A stretch of 64,000 nucleotides of DNA, taken from NCBI GenBank assembly GCA_045544995.1, contig JAZQAE010000119.1, forward strand, positions 1,857 through 65,856. The letters are read 5' to 3'. The DNA comes from Eubacteriales bacterium (GTDB lineage Bacteria; Bacillota; Clostridia; Oscillospirales; QAKW01). Of this stretch, positions 1 through 9,372 are shown in pieces (position 1 is the first letter of the stretch; every line of letters starts with the position of its first letter). Made by a program: the position numbers and the translations under genes. The notes beneath the pieces are model-generated. The model had not been told where the DNA came from. It made no database searches and saw only the letters and a program-made list of their open reading frames with translations.

Positions 1-270
1 ATTAAGAAACGTGTGAAGCAAGCTTTTTGGTGTGATGTGATTGGCTATCTTATGTTTTTCTGTATTATTACAATATCGCCAATATATGTTTTCCTCGCTT
101 CTGGAGAAGAGATTTTTACACTTATTGCATTTGTTTTGATACTACTTATTGAATATGCAGAATCTACCTACGTGATTAAAATCGAAAATTCTCATGAAGC
201 CTTATTAAATAGTGTAAAATCTTCAATAAAACATATAGATGAATACAACGAACAACATAACCCTGATTAA
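1..270 (+). CDS. small hydrophobic (membrane) protein, possibly 5'-partial at the window edge
   Basis: The ORF is open from base 1 in frame with the tracked 13..270 ORF. The N-terminal half is hydrophobic. No recognisable family. Confidence 0.4.
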   Translation: MKKRVKQAFWCDVIGYLMFFCIITISPIYVFLASGEEIFTLIAFVLILLIEYAESTYVIKIENSHEALLNSVKSSIKHIDEYNEQHNPD

Positions 271-284
271 ACAAGAGGTATGAT

Positions 285-629
285 ATGAATTTGCTAAAAA
301 AAATAAAAAAGTGGTTAAAGAAAAACAAGAAAAAATTCATAATATGTGGAACCGCAGCCTTAGCCATCGTTGGCTCGGGTATAGGATTGGTGCTTTATAA
401 AAACAATAAAATCTCCTTTTTGGATTGGCTAAAAATAGCTTCTAGAGAGGAATTAGAAGAGGCCTATGAAAAACTTCGTTTGAGTTTTTGTGAAACCGGA
501 ACTAGACCATATGGGATGGAACAAATAGGACAGGAATTAGGAGAAAGGGGCGCAAAAGAATGGTTTAAAAAACATCCTCCTATTCCTGATACAAGATGGA
601 CTGATGCTAATAGATGGGAAAAGGATTAA
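285..629 (+). CDS. hypothetical protein with a Lys-rich N-terminus and a single TM anchor
   Basis: ATG preceded by agaggt. Lys-rich N-terminus followed by the FIICGTAALAIVGSGIGLVLY helix. A terminator follows the gene. Confidence 0.5.
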   Translation: MNLLKKIKKWLKKNKKKFIICGTAALAIVGSGIGLVLYKNNKISFLDWLKIASREELEEAYEKLRLSFCETGTRPYGMEQIGQELGERGAKEWFKKHPPIPDTRWTDANRWEKD

Positions 630-640
630 AAATTGAAATG

Positions 641-678
641 CACCGCAGACCGATCCACATTGGTCTGCGGTGTTTTTA
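641..678 (+). terminator. rho-independent terminator
   Basis: Stem caccgcagacc / ggtctgcggtg followed by ttttt. Confidence 0.7.
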
Positions 679-784
679 TATGCGAAAGTCAATTCCACAC
701 ATTCACAAAGGAAATCTCCCTTGCTACAACATAGGCAAATATGATATAATAACCTCAAATCAAAAGCGCACGGGAGGTCTAACA

Positions 785-1285
785 ATGAAAAAGACATTGA
801 TTGTAGTCGATATGCAAAACGATTTTATTACTATGGCGCTCGGCACCAAAGAGGCGGTCGCCATCGTTCCTAAGGTCAAGGCAAAGATTCAGGAATACGC
901 CCAAAACGGCGATGAGATCATTTTCACAAGAGATACCCATTTTGAGAATTATCTCGATACCACAGAGGGCAAACATCTTCCCGTCCCTCATTGCATTAAG
1001 GGCACGAAGGGCTGGGAAATTGCCGATGGCCTTTACGTCGAGGGCGCGAAGATTATTGATAAGCCTAACTTTGGTTGGCCCCATTGGGATAAGGAAACGC
1101 TTGAAAGCGTGGAGCTGATCGGTCTTTGCACCGATATTTGTGTGGTTTCCAATGCGCTCATCATCAAAGCAACCTTCCCCGATGCGCAGGTGAAAGTCGA
1201 TTCTGCTTGTTGCGCCGGTGTTACCCCCGAGAGCCACGAAGCTGCTTTGAAAACCATGCAAATGTGTCAGGTGGAAGTGGTATAA
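785..1285 (+). CDS. isochorismatase-family cysteine hydrolase, nicotinamidase (PncA)-like
   Basis: Starts MKKTLIVVDMQNDF (catalytic Asp). Also has IDKPNFG (Lys) and GLCTDICV (Cys). TRDTH...PHC resembles the PncA metal site. The tracked ORF start at 614 is an unlikely extension, since it runs across the terminator. Confidence 0.8.
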   Translation: MKKTLIVVDMQNDFITMALGTKEAVAIVPKVKAKIQEYAQNGDEIIFTRDTHFENYLDTTEGKHLPVPHCIKGTKGWEIADGLYVEGAKIIDKPNFGWPHWDKETLESVELIGLCTDICVVSNALIIKATFPDAQVKVDSACCAGVTPESHEAALKTMQMCQVEVV

Positions 1286-1306
1286 GGTGGAAAATGGAGA
1301 AATAAG

Positions 1307-1795
1307 ATGCAAAAAGTTATGGTTATAGGTTGTCCCGGTGCCGGTAAAAGCACTTTTTCAAGAGCACTGTGCGACAAGATCGGTTTGCCGCTTTTCCATT
1401 TGGATATGTTGTTTTGGAATGCCGATAAAACCAATGTTTCCCGCAAGGAATTTGACCAAAAGCTTTCCGACATTCTAAAACAAGATAAATGGATAATCGA
1501 CGGCAATTACGGCAGAACGCTTGAAATGCGCCTAAAGGAATGTGATACCGTTTTCTTGCTTGATTTTCCTGTTTCGGTTTGCCTTTCGGGCGTAGAATCA
1601 CGTATTGGAAAACCGAGAGAGGATATGCCTTGGATAGAGCAGGAATTTGATGCGGAATTTAAAGAGTGGATCATCGATTTTCCTAAAAAAGAGCTGCCGC
1701 ACGTATATGAGCTGCTTGAAAAATATAAAGATAAGAACGTTATTATTTTCAAATCTCATAATGAAATAGATAGTTATTTGGAGTCGATACTATGA
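1307..1795 (+). CDS. P-loop NMP-kinase-like ATPase (adenylate kinase / topology-modulation family)
   Basis: Walker A GCPGAGKST at the N-terminus. Size about 160 aa. Confidence 0.75.
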   Translation: MQKVMVIGCPGAGKSTFSRALCDKIGLPLFHLDMLFWNADKTNVSRKEFDQKLSDILKQDKWIIDGNYGRTLEMRLKECDTVFLLDFPVSVCLSGVESRIGKPREDMPWIEQEFDAEFKEWIIDFPKKELPHVYELLEKYKDKNVIIFKSHNEIDSYLESIL

Positions 1796-2187
1796 GAAAA
1801 CTAAAAGGATTGATCATTATGCTTTCAATTTTAGCTTCTTTATTTGGTATGACCGCTTGTTCCAATGACGGCGCCAACTCTTATGAGCAAATCACGCCCG
1901 AACAGGCAAAGACGATTATGGACACCGAAAGCGATTATATCATCATCGATGCTCGCACCGACGAAGAATTTGCCGAAGGGCATATTGCGGACGCGATTCT
2001 CATCCCCGAATACGAGATCGCCGACCGCGCCGAAAAGGAATTGCCCGATAAGGATGCGCTAATTCTCGTGTATTGCCGCAGCGGCAGACGAAGCAAGATC
2101 GCCTCCGAAGAACTGGTCAAGCTCGGTTATACCAACGTCAAAGAATTTGGCGGCATCATCGACTGGCCGTATGAAGTTGTGAAGTGA
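1792..2187 (+). CDS. rhodanese-domain lipoprotein (sulfurtransferase-like)
   Basis: Lipobox FGMTAC. Active-site loop CRSGRRS. Overlaps the upstream stop codon. Confidence 0.85.
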   Translation: MRKLKGLIIMLSILASLFGMTACSNDGANSYEQITPEQAKTIMDTESDYIIIDARTDEEFAEGHIADAILIPEYEIADRAEKELPDKDALILVYCRSGRRSKIASEELVKLGYTNVKEFGGIIDWPYEVVK

Positions 2188-2197
2188 GGATACTGCG

Positions 2198-2569
2198 ATG
2201 AACAATTATGATGCAGAAGTAAAACAACGCTGGGGCGAAACGGACGCCTATAAAGAACATGCAGAAAAGACTGCAAACTACAGCAAAGAGAAATGGAAAG
2301 CCGTCACCGACGGACTGATGACCGTCCTCGCCAAATTCGCCGCGTGTATGAAAGCCGGACACACAGCCGACTCAAACGAGGCGCAGGAGCTGGTAAAGGA
2401 ACTGCAAAATTACATTACTGAGAACTATTACACCTGCACCGACGAAATCCTCGCCGGCCTTGGCCAAATGTACGTTGCCGACGAGCGTTTCAAAAACAAC
2501 ATCGACAAACACGCCACTGGCACCGCCGCCTTTATTAACGAATCCATCGCCACCTATTATAGGAAATAA
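2198..2569 (+). CDS. TipAS antibiotic-recognition-domain protein
   Basis: The N-terminal YDAEVKQRWGETDAYKEH and the C-terminal FINESIATYY pattern are typical of stand-alone TipAS domains. Confidence 0.7.
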   Translation: MNNYDAEVKQRWGETDAYKEHAEKTANYSKEKWKAVTDGLMTVLAKFAACMKAGHTADSNEAQELVKELQNYITENYYTCTDEILAGLGQMYVADERFKNNIDKHATGTAAFINESIATYYRK

Positions 2570-2581
2570 CACCAAAACACA

Positions 2582-2625
2582 GCCGCCACTCGGTTCAAGC
2601 TCGAGTGGCGGCTTCAGCATTTTTA
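2582..2625 (+). terminator. probable terminator
   Basis: Stem gccgccactcg / cgagtggcggc. The T-run is a few nt downstream. Confidence 0.5.
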
Positions 2626-2722
2626 TAGGTACTGATATATCTGCTCATATGGAAATGGTTACTCAAATTGACAAAAGAAAACAAGAAAACTACTGCGATC
2701 GCAAGATTTTTGCTGAAAACTG

Positions 2723-2751
2723 TTGAGATGTGCGATCAGATGTGGTATATT
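2723..2751 (+). promoter_or_regulatory. sigma-A-like promoter for the HTH controller/methylase operon
   Basis: TTGAGA, 17-nt spacer, TATATT, with a TG extended -10. Confidence 0.45.
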
Positions 2752-2798
2752 AGAAATAATGATACTATTTGAAAATAAAAACTATTTTGAGGTGTATT

Positions 2799-3008
2799 AT
2801 GGCTGCAAGTTACAAGAAGTTATTCAAACTCTTAATCGACTGCGATATGAAAAAGAAAGATTTGGCGGAGAAAGCTGGTGTCAGCATCGCCACCATTACC
2901 AAAATGGGCAAAGACGGCGCCGTTGTCTCAAGCGACGTTCTCGTTAAAATCTGTTCTGCTCTTTGCTGTACAATGGATGATATTGTTGAAATTGTGCCCG
3001 AGAAATAA
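2799..3008 (+). CDS. XRE/Cro-type HTH protein, controller (C-protein)-like
   Basis: MKKKDLAEKAGVSIATITKMGKD helix-turn-helix. About 69 aa. Sits directly upstream of the methyltransferase. RBS gaggtg. Confidence 0.75.
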   Translation: MAASYKKLFKLLIDCDMKKKDLAEKAGVSIATITKMGKDGAVVSSDVLVKICSALCCTMDDIVEIVPEK

Positions 3009-3070
3009 CTGTCCGTTTTATGGGACGATAAAGCTATTATAATTTTTCTGTAAAATGGATGAGGTGTATT

Positions 3071-4384
3071 ATGGGAACCTATAACTTTAGATTTATTGAT
3101 TTGTTTTGTGGTATCGGCGGCTTTCATCAAGCCATGACCCCTCTTGGAGGCAAATGCGTATTTGCCAGCGATATTAACGAACAATGCCGTGAGGTATACA
3201 AAAAGAATTTTGCTCCAAACGACGAATTTGTCGTATATGGAGACATCAACAAGGCCATCAAAGAAAAAGTGATTCCAGAGTTTGAAGTGTTGTGTGGCGG
3301 CTTCCCCTGCCAGACATTTTCAAAAGCAGGAAATCAGAATGGTTTTGAAATTGTTGAAAAAGTAAACGGACAAAAAGATGAACGCGGCCAACTTTTTTAT
3401 CGTATTATTGATATTTTAAAAGAACACCCGGAATGCAAATATGTCGTTCTTGAGAATGTAAGAAATCTCGCAGATAAAAAAGATAACTGGGATATCATTT
3501 GCAAAGAACTTAAAGAACAAGGGTTCATAATAACCGAAGAACCAATCATTGAATCCCCGCATCATTTTGGTGTTCCGCAAGTTCGTGAACGAGTGTTTAT
3601 TCTTGGTGTCAGAGAAGAAGCTTTTGACGGCAGAAAAACACTTCCCAAAGGCTATTTGACAAGAGATATTCTCGGCATTGATGAACAAGTTAATAGATGC
3701 CCGGAAAAAGGTAATTGCTTGCCTGATATTATGGAAAAGAATGTCGATTCCAAATACTATGTTGCAGAAGAAATAGAAAAACTTTTGGAAGCGTGGGAAG
3801 AATTCCGCGCAAATGTAAAAGGTTTGTGCAGTCCCTTCTGGTTACACAAGGCGGGCATTGGCATCTATGATCGCGAACAATATTATCGTGATGAAAAGAT
3901 TGGCTATCAAGATATGCCAGAGTGGAAGAAAGTAATGGTAATGCGCAGTCGTGTTATGTACGAAAACAATTCCGAGTTTATCGATGCTTGGATTAAAAAA
4001 CACGATATGCAAGCCAAGATTTTAATACATCAAAAATTCGAGTGGAACTGCGGAAAGGATTGTAAATCTATAAAAGACGGTATTATCCAGATCCGTCAAT
4101 CCGGAGTACGTGTAAAACGCCCCAACTATTTCCCGTCACTTGTCGCAATGAATAATACTCCAATTATTTGGGATGAAGAAGTATGCAAATTTAGATACTT
4201 CACGCCAAAAGAGTCTGCAAAGTTGCAGAGTTTTAAGGAAGACTACTTGTTTAGTGAATTGGATGTTGTTACATACAGACAGCTGGGTAACTCTGTAAAC
4301 GTTAAACTAGTACGGATGTTTGCTGAATCGCTATTCAAATTCGGCAAAAAGAGCACTCTTACAGGAGGTAAGAAAAATGGCTAA
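3071..4384 (+). CDS. DNA (cytosine-5)-methyltransferase
   Basis: Motif I DLFCGIGGF, motif IV GGFPCQTFS, ENV, QVRERVF and motif X QLGNSVNV are all present. Confidence 0.95.
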   Translation: MGTYNFRFIDLFCGIGGFHQAMTPLGGKCVFASDINEQCREVYKKNFAPNDEFVVYGDINKAIKEKVIPEFEVLCGGFPCQTFSKAGNQNGFEIVEKVNGQKDERGQLFYRIIDILKEHPECKYVVLENVRNLADKKDNWDIICKELKEQGFIITEEPIIESPHHFGVPQVRERVFILGVREEAFDGRKTLPKGYLTRDILGIDEQVNRCPEKGNCLPDIMEKNVDSKYYVAEEIEKLLEAWEEFRANVKGLCSPFWLHKAGIGIYDREQYYRDEKIGYQDMPEWKKVMVMRSRVMYENNSEFIDAWIKKHDMQAKILIHQKFEWNCGKDCKSIKDGIIQIRQSGVRVKRPNYFPSLVAMNNTPIIWDEEVCKFRYFTPKESAKLQSFKEDYLFSELDVVTYRQLGNSVNVKLVRMFAESLFKFGKKSTLTGGKKNG

Positions 4385-5990
4385 ATTTAATTTCTCTGAG
4401 TTTTTTTCGAAGCAAAAAAACGTAACCGCCACTGATGATGGAGATTTCGAATTAAATATTCAACCTCAAGCAAGCGTATTGGGCGTTTTTTCCCGACTTA
4501 ATTACAAGGCATGGTATGCTATCGCTGAGTTTGTTGATAATTCCACAGAATCGTTCTATTCTAACGAATCCGAATTAAAAGCAAATGGAATCTCTACCGT
4601 AACTGTCAACGTCAATTATGATTTTGAAAAGAATATTTTGACAATAACAGACGATGCATTTGGCATGGAACTGGAGGACTTTTCTCGTGCAGTTTTGCTT
4701 GATTCAAAGCCCGAAAGACAGGGTGGTAGAAACGAATTTGGCATGGGATTAAAAACGGCAGCCAGCTGGTTTGGTAATGTTTGGTCTGTGACAAGCACGC
4801 AGTTTGGTTCTACAAACAAGTATTTAACTGAAGTTAATATTCAAGAACTTAAAGAGAAAAAAGCGAACACTGTAAAAATCAAAAAAGAAACCTGTTCAGA
4901 AACGGAACATGGCACAACCATAGTTATTCGCGATGTGACAAAGAAAATAGATGCTGCTCGTACTAAGGGTAAGATCATTCAACTTTTGGAAAGTATGTAT
5001 CGTCGTGATTTGAATTCTGGAAAAGTTAATATTTGGTTTAATGATTTATCTCTTCATTTCGATGAATATGGATGTTTGCAGTTTAGAGAAAAAACTTGGA
5101 AAAAGGAATTGGATTTCGATTTTGAGTTTGACGGAGAAAAACATCGTGTTACCGGATTTGTGGGTATTCTCGCAAACGGTGGATTTGGTAAGGCTGGATT
5201 TGCTTTGTTCAGACGTGGACGTGTAGTTGTAGGTGGCGAAGATCAAAACTATAAACCCGAATACATATTCCATCAAGCTCAAAGCCCCATTTCCCACAAA
5301 TTATTTGGCGAACTTGATTTAGATGATTTTCCTGTAAACCAAGCTAAAGATGGTTTCGTGTGGGATGACGGTTTGGAAATCGTTTTTCTAGAGACGCTAA
5401 AAAGCAATATTCAAGAATATATCGACATCGCAAAAATGACCAACAAGGAAAGAGCCAAAGAGGAGGAGTTTTCTCAGGCGTCTTCGAAAACGGTCGAGGA
5501 AAGTGTACAATCCTTTGCTAATGCGTTATCAAATGCAAATCAATCTACAGAGTCTAAAAACGATGACACAAAAAGCGAAGAACCGGCAAATAGCAATAGC
5601 GAAATAGCGCAATTTGAAGAGTATTTGCACAACACAAATAGTACTGAAGAGAAGATTGTTGGCGATAAAAGAAAATATCCTATCCAGATAAACGAAGCCA
5701 TCAAAAAGAATTTTGTTGTTGAATGGTCTATTGGAAACAAAGCTTACTGGATCAACGTTGAAGAGTCCGAAGACGGGCAAGAAGTATACATTATAATTAA
5801 CATAAATCATCCGTTCTTCAAGCCTTATACCAACAACGAAGATTTCAAGATTGTCCTTGAAAAGTTTGTGATTTCCTTCGTTGTGGCGGAACAACAAGCA
5901 AAACTCACTTCCGACAAAGATGGATATATTCGTGCGTCCACTATTCGTCATAAGATGAATGAATTTTTGTCTAAAGTATCGGAGGATTAA
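4377..5990 (+). CDS. GHKL-superfamily ATPase (HATPase_c_3, MutL/MORC-like)
   Basis: Bergerat-fold motifs AEFVDNSTES (N-box), ITDDAFGM (G1) and EFGMGLKTA (G2). The start overlaps the methylase stop codon. Confidence 0.85.
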   Translation: MAKFNFSEFFSKQKNVTATDDGDFELNIQPQASVLGVFSRLNYKAWYAIAEFVDNSTESFYSNESELKANGISTVTVNVNYDFEKNILTITDDAFGMELEDFSRAVLLDSKPERQGGRNEFGMGLKTAASWFGNVWSVTSTQFGSTNKYLTEVNIQELKEKKANTVKIKKETCSETEHGTTIVIRDVTKKIDAARTKGKIIQLLESMYRRDLNSGKVNIWFNDLSLHFDEYGCLQFREKTWKKELDFDFEFDGEKHRVTGFVGILANGGFGKAGFALFRRGRVVVGGEDQNYKPEYIFHQAQSPISHKLFGELDLDDFPVNQAKDGFVWDDGLEIVFLETLKSNIQEYIDIAKMTNKERAKEEEFSQASSKTVEESVQSFANALSNANQSTESKNDDTKSEEPANSNSEIAQFEEYLHNTNSTEEKIVGDKRKYPIQINEAIKKNFVVEWSIGNKAYWINVEESEDGQEVYIIININHPFFKPYTNNEDFKIVLEKFVISFVVAEQQAKLTSDKDGYIRASTIRHKMNEFLSKVSED

Positions 5991-5993
5991 TTC

Positions 5994-8138
5994 ATGGAAA
6001 AATATACGTTTGCAACGACAGACGAAAATGACGTTTCTGTAAAATTAGGAGATTATTATAACCAAGTTCATGCTAAGCATATCGATGCTTATGGCCAACT
6101 TGGAGCAGATAACATTGTTGAAAACATCGTAGAAACATACAGACAAATTCAGATGCAAATGAGCGCAGATAACAAGAATAATAATGTTTTGCTTGTTGGT
6201 AAGGTTCAATCTGGTAAAACCTCTAATCTAGAGATGCTCACAGCATTGGCTTTTGATAATGGCTATAATATTTTGGTTATTTATGGCGGCTACGACACTA
6301 GTTTGTTAAAACAAACCACAGACAGATTTAAAGAAACCTTTGATGTTACTGGCGAAGTGACTTATGACGATGAAGGCCCCGCTATATTTACAACAGATGA
6401 TAGCACTCAGATTTTAAGCATAGATGATGAAATAATGACCGATCTTTTGGAGAATAACAAACCTGTTATTTTTGTATCTATGAAACGTCCAGTGGCTATG
6501 CGAAAAATCAACGCTTTGTTCAAGCGTCTTGACAAATCAGAATTTAAAGCTTTTATCATTGATGATGAGGGCGATCAGGCTAGTTTAAATACAGCCAAAG
6601 ACAAAAAAGAGAATGCTTCCGCAACCTACAAAGAAATTGTTGAGATGAAGAATTTGCTTGAAGATCCGATGTATCTTTCGGTTACTGCCACACCACAAGC
6701 CAATATTTTCTTGGATGAATGGAGTGCTTTACGCCCGGATTCTATTCGTCTAATTCAGCCAGGAAAAGGATATGACGGCGCAGAGGTGTACCACTTATAT
6801 GAGAATGATATTGTAACTTTGGTGTCAGAAGAGGATCATGCGGAATTAGCAGATGGAAAAATACCTGAATCTCTTTGGGAGGCTGTACGTTACTTCATCG
6901 TAGCAAGTGCTATTAAATGTAAGCGTGCCACAAAAACAAAAGAGCGCTTCAGCGATATGATCGTGCATGCGTTTCGTGAGGTGTTGCAACATAGTAGCAT
7001 CTATACCTCTATAGAAAGTTATATCGATTGCCTGAAGAACTCCTTTGAGTATGAGGATGACGATATGGAGGGCTATTTGCTAGAATTTGAAAATTGTTTC
7101 AACAAGTATGTCTCTGATGAAATTAAGTCATCCTTTACTTTTGAGGAGATTAAATCCGAAGTCATCACCGTTGTCAGAAAAACCAAAGTCATATTAAAAA
7201 ACGGAATTGGTAAAACAACCCAAGGCAACGAAAAACTCAAGTGGCATAAAATTTATATTGGCGGAGATTTGTTACAAAGAGGATTGACGTTTTCTAATTT
7301 GATAACTACTTATTTCACTCGCTGGGCTACTGGCGGTGGAAATATGGACACGAATTTGCAACGAGCTCGTTGGTTTGGATATCGTAGTAAATACATCGAT
7401 ATTTGTAAAATTTTCACCACTTCCGAAATAGCTCAAGAATTCACTAATCTTGCAGAAATCGAGGATGACTTGTGGGATCAATTTGCAGATGTTGAGAATG
7501 GTGTGTTAGCAATTGACGATATTCTTATTCAGTCCGAAAAAACCAAGCAAAGTCCCACTAGCAAACAGCGCGTAAACTATGAGAAAGTATCTTTTAAGAA
7601 TCGTTGGTTAAAACAAAGATTCTTGGTAACTGACGAAAACAAAATTGCTGAAAACGACAATAGAATTAAGGCTTTAATAGATTCAGTACAGTGGGAACCT
7701 ACAACTGCCGGAAGTAAAATAGGTGCGAAAACAGCTCAATACGCCTATTTTGATTCCAAGACATTGAAGGATCTTATCAACGTAATTTATGGCGTGTTTG
7801 ATTATGAACCTTTCCAAAAGAAGGCTCTAACAGATCTTTTAGGCCAAGATAACATTCCCGTTATTTTAATGGGCGCTGATAAAGAGCCGCGTAAGCGTAG
7901 TATTTATAAGGCGGACTTTAGAATTAAAGCATTACTTCAAGGTGCCGATTCTACAATCTCCGAAAAAGTAACATACGTTGGTGATAGTGGTGTAGTAATC
8001 GATAAAGATTGTATAAACATTCAAATACACAGGGTTTTACCTCGTGAAGACAAAACAACTGTGATGAAAGAAAAAGAACAATATATGTTTGCAATCTATA
8101 TACCAAAAGAAAAAACATATTTTGTAAAGGGGAACTAG
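5994..8138 (+). CDS. Z1-domain P-loop/helicase-like ATPase
   Basis: Walker A GKVQSGKTSN, Walker B IIDDEGDQAS, SVTATP, and an arginine-finger-like QRARWFGYR. Confidence 0.85.
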   Translation: MEKYTFATTDENDVSVKLGDYYNQVHAKHIDAYGQLGADNIVENIVETYRQIQMQMSADNKNNNVLLVGKVQSGKTSNLEMLTALAFDNGYNILVIYGGYDTSLLKQTTDRFKETFDVTGEVTYDDEGPAIFTTDDSTQILSIDDEIMTDLLENNKPVIFVSMKRPVAMRKINALFKRLDKSEFKAFIIDDEGDQASLNTAKDKKENASATYKEIVEMKNLLEDPMYLSVTATPQANIFLDEWSALRPDSIRLIQPGKGYDGAEVYHLYENDIVTLVSEEDHAELADGKIPESLWEAVRYFIVASAIKCKRATKTKERFSDMIVHAFREVLQHSSIYTSIESYIDCLKNSFEYEDDDMEGYLLEFENCFNKYVSDEIKSSFTFEEIKSEVITVVRKTKVILKNGIGKTTQGNEKLKWHKIYIGGDLLQRGLTFSNLITTYFTRWATGGGNMDTNLQRARWFGYRSKYIDICKIFTTSEIAQEFTNLAEIEDDLWDQFADVENGVLAIDDILIQSEKTKQSPTSKQRVNYEKVSFKNRWLKQRFLVTDENKIAENDNRIKALIDSVQWEPTTAGSKIGAKTAQYAYFDSKTLKDLINVIYGVFDYEPFQKKALTDLLGQDNIPVILMGADKEPRKRSIYKADFRIKALLQGADSTISEKVTYVGDSGVVIDKDCINIQIHRVLPREDKTTVMKEKEQYMFAIYIPKEKTYFVKGN

Positions 8139-8139
8139 A

Positions 8140-9075
8140 ATGCTTGAAACGATAAAATGTGCGATAGTTACAACCCCAAAAGATGGCGCAATTTATTTAG
8201 TTAAAAAGTTATCTGAGAACACCGGCTTTTTTGTGACGAATGGTCATTTGTTATATCTTGTATATAACTTTGAAGACATTACGCATAAAAGTATGCAAAC
8301 AGATTACTTGTCACTGAATACCGATGTGGAAATTCACTCTTTCAAGAACAACCAAAAGTTTCCGTCTGGTAAATATAATGTTTTAGATTTTTTGCCTACT
8401 GAAAAAGGCTATGATGAAAACAATTTGGAGTCCTTTGTTAATTTATGCGTTTCTCACACGGAATTGATGGAAGGAAAATCGTTCGTGAAGTTTTTCTTCT
8501 CATTGAGTGAGTTGTTCCAGGATCCGAAAAGTCAGGAATATAAAAATCTTGTGGGCTTTTTTGGGGAATTATCCTTTTTGAAGTTTCTTTGCGAAAACAC
8601 CTCGTTAGACTTATCTGATCGCTGGCATAAGGGCGGTAGCAAAGACAAGTATGAGATTACATTAGAAACAAAGAATCTGGAAATTAAAACAACCGCAGCT
8701 TTTGATGAAGAAGTAACTATAAAGCATAGTCAGTTGTTTAATGCAGACCAGAATTATTTGGTTGTGGTTTGTATTGAGGAGAATAGCGCTGGACAAACTT
8801 TGAATCAACTCATTAGTGATATGCAGAAAGACCCAAGTCATTATAATAATTATAATTTTGCGCTAAATGTCCAACGGGAAAAAATGCGAGTGTCTCCTGT
8901 TGAAGCCGAAAGTAGGATCTTTTCTGTTAAAGGTATCGTTATTTACAAAGCAGAAGATATTGACCCGTTTGGAGAAATTCCGGATAGCGTTTCTCACCTT
9001 ACTTATAAGCTGGATTTGCTTGACAAGAAATATTTACCACTAAATTGTTGGGAAAAGGAGTTTAATGATGTTTAA
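8140..9075 (+). CDS. PD-(D/E)XK-motif (restriction-endonuclease-fold) protein
   Basis: GELSFL ... SKDKYEI ... LEIKT fits a D...ExK core. Sits 1 nt after the Z1 stop codon. Confidence 0.7.
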   Translation: MLETIKCAIVTTPKDGAIYLVKKLSENTGFFVTNGHLLYLVYNFEDITHKSMQTDYLSLNTDVEIHSFKNNQKFPSGKYNVLDFLPTEKGYDENNLESFVNLCVSHTELMEGKSFVKFFFSLSELFQDPKSQEYKNLVGFFGELSFLKFLCENTSLDLSDRWHKGGSKDKYEITLETKNLEIKTTAAFDEEVTIKHSQLFNADQNYLVVVCIEENSAGQTLNQLISDMQKDPSHYNNYNFALNVQREKMRVSPVEAESRIFSVKGIVIYKAEDIDPFGEIPDSVSHLTYKLDLLDKKYLPLNCWEKEFNDV

Positions 9076-9370
9076 GACTTATGATTTGTTTGACCATAGA
9101 AATATAAATGATCTGGTACCTGAAATAGTTTACTATTATCTATTCAAGGGATTAAGTTTAACAGCCATTGAAGTGAAATTATTTAAAACTGAAGATTATC
9201 ACGGCTGGCTTAGCAAAACCTTTCTAAATTACTATGGCATTGATACAGAAAAAGAAAACAAAGGCATTTATGCAGATAAAACGGTTCCAGAAGTGGTAGA
9301 AGAACTTTATAAAAGTTCTAATATTGCTCACGTGCGTGTTGCTAAACTCTTGAAAGAAAAGTATCTGTGA
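9065..9370 (+). CDS. hypothetical 101-aa protein
   Basis: Overlaps the upstream stop codon. RBS aaggag. No recognised family. A possible small HTH around GLSLTAIEVKLF is weak. Confidence 0.6.
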   Translation: MMFKTYDLFDHRNINDLVPEIVYYYLFKGLSLTAIEVKLFKTEDYHGWLSKTFLNYYGIDTEKENKGIYADKTVPEVVEELYKSSNIAHVRVAKLLKEKYL

Positions 9371-9372
9371 TT

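Noticed and set aside
614-784. N-terminal extension of the nicotinamidase-like ORF. Analogous extensions occur at 40871-41248, 18738-18773, 31026-31061, 20307-20366 and 4320-4376.
   Set aside because: The extensions cross terminators, promoters or conserved leaders and lack an RBS. The internal starts have good SD spacing and match family N-termini.
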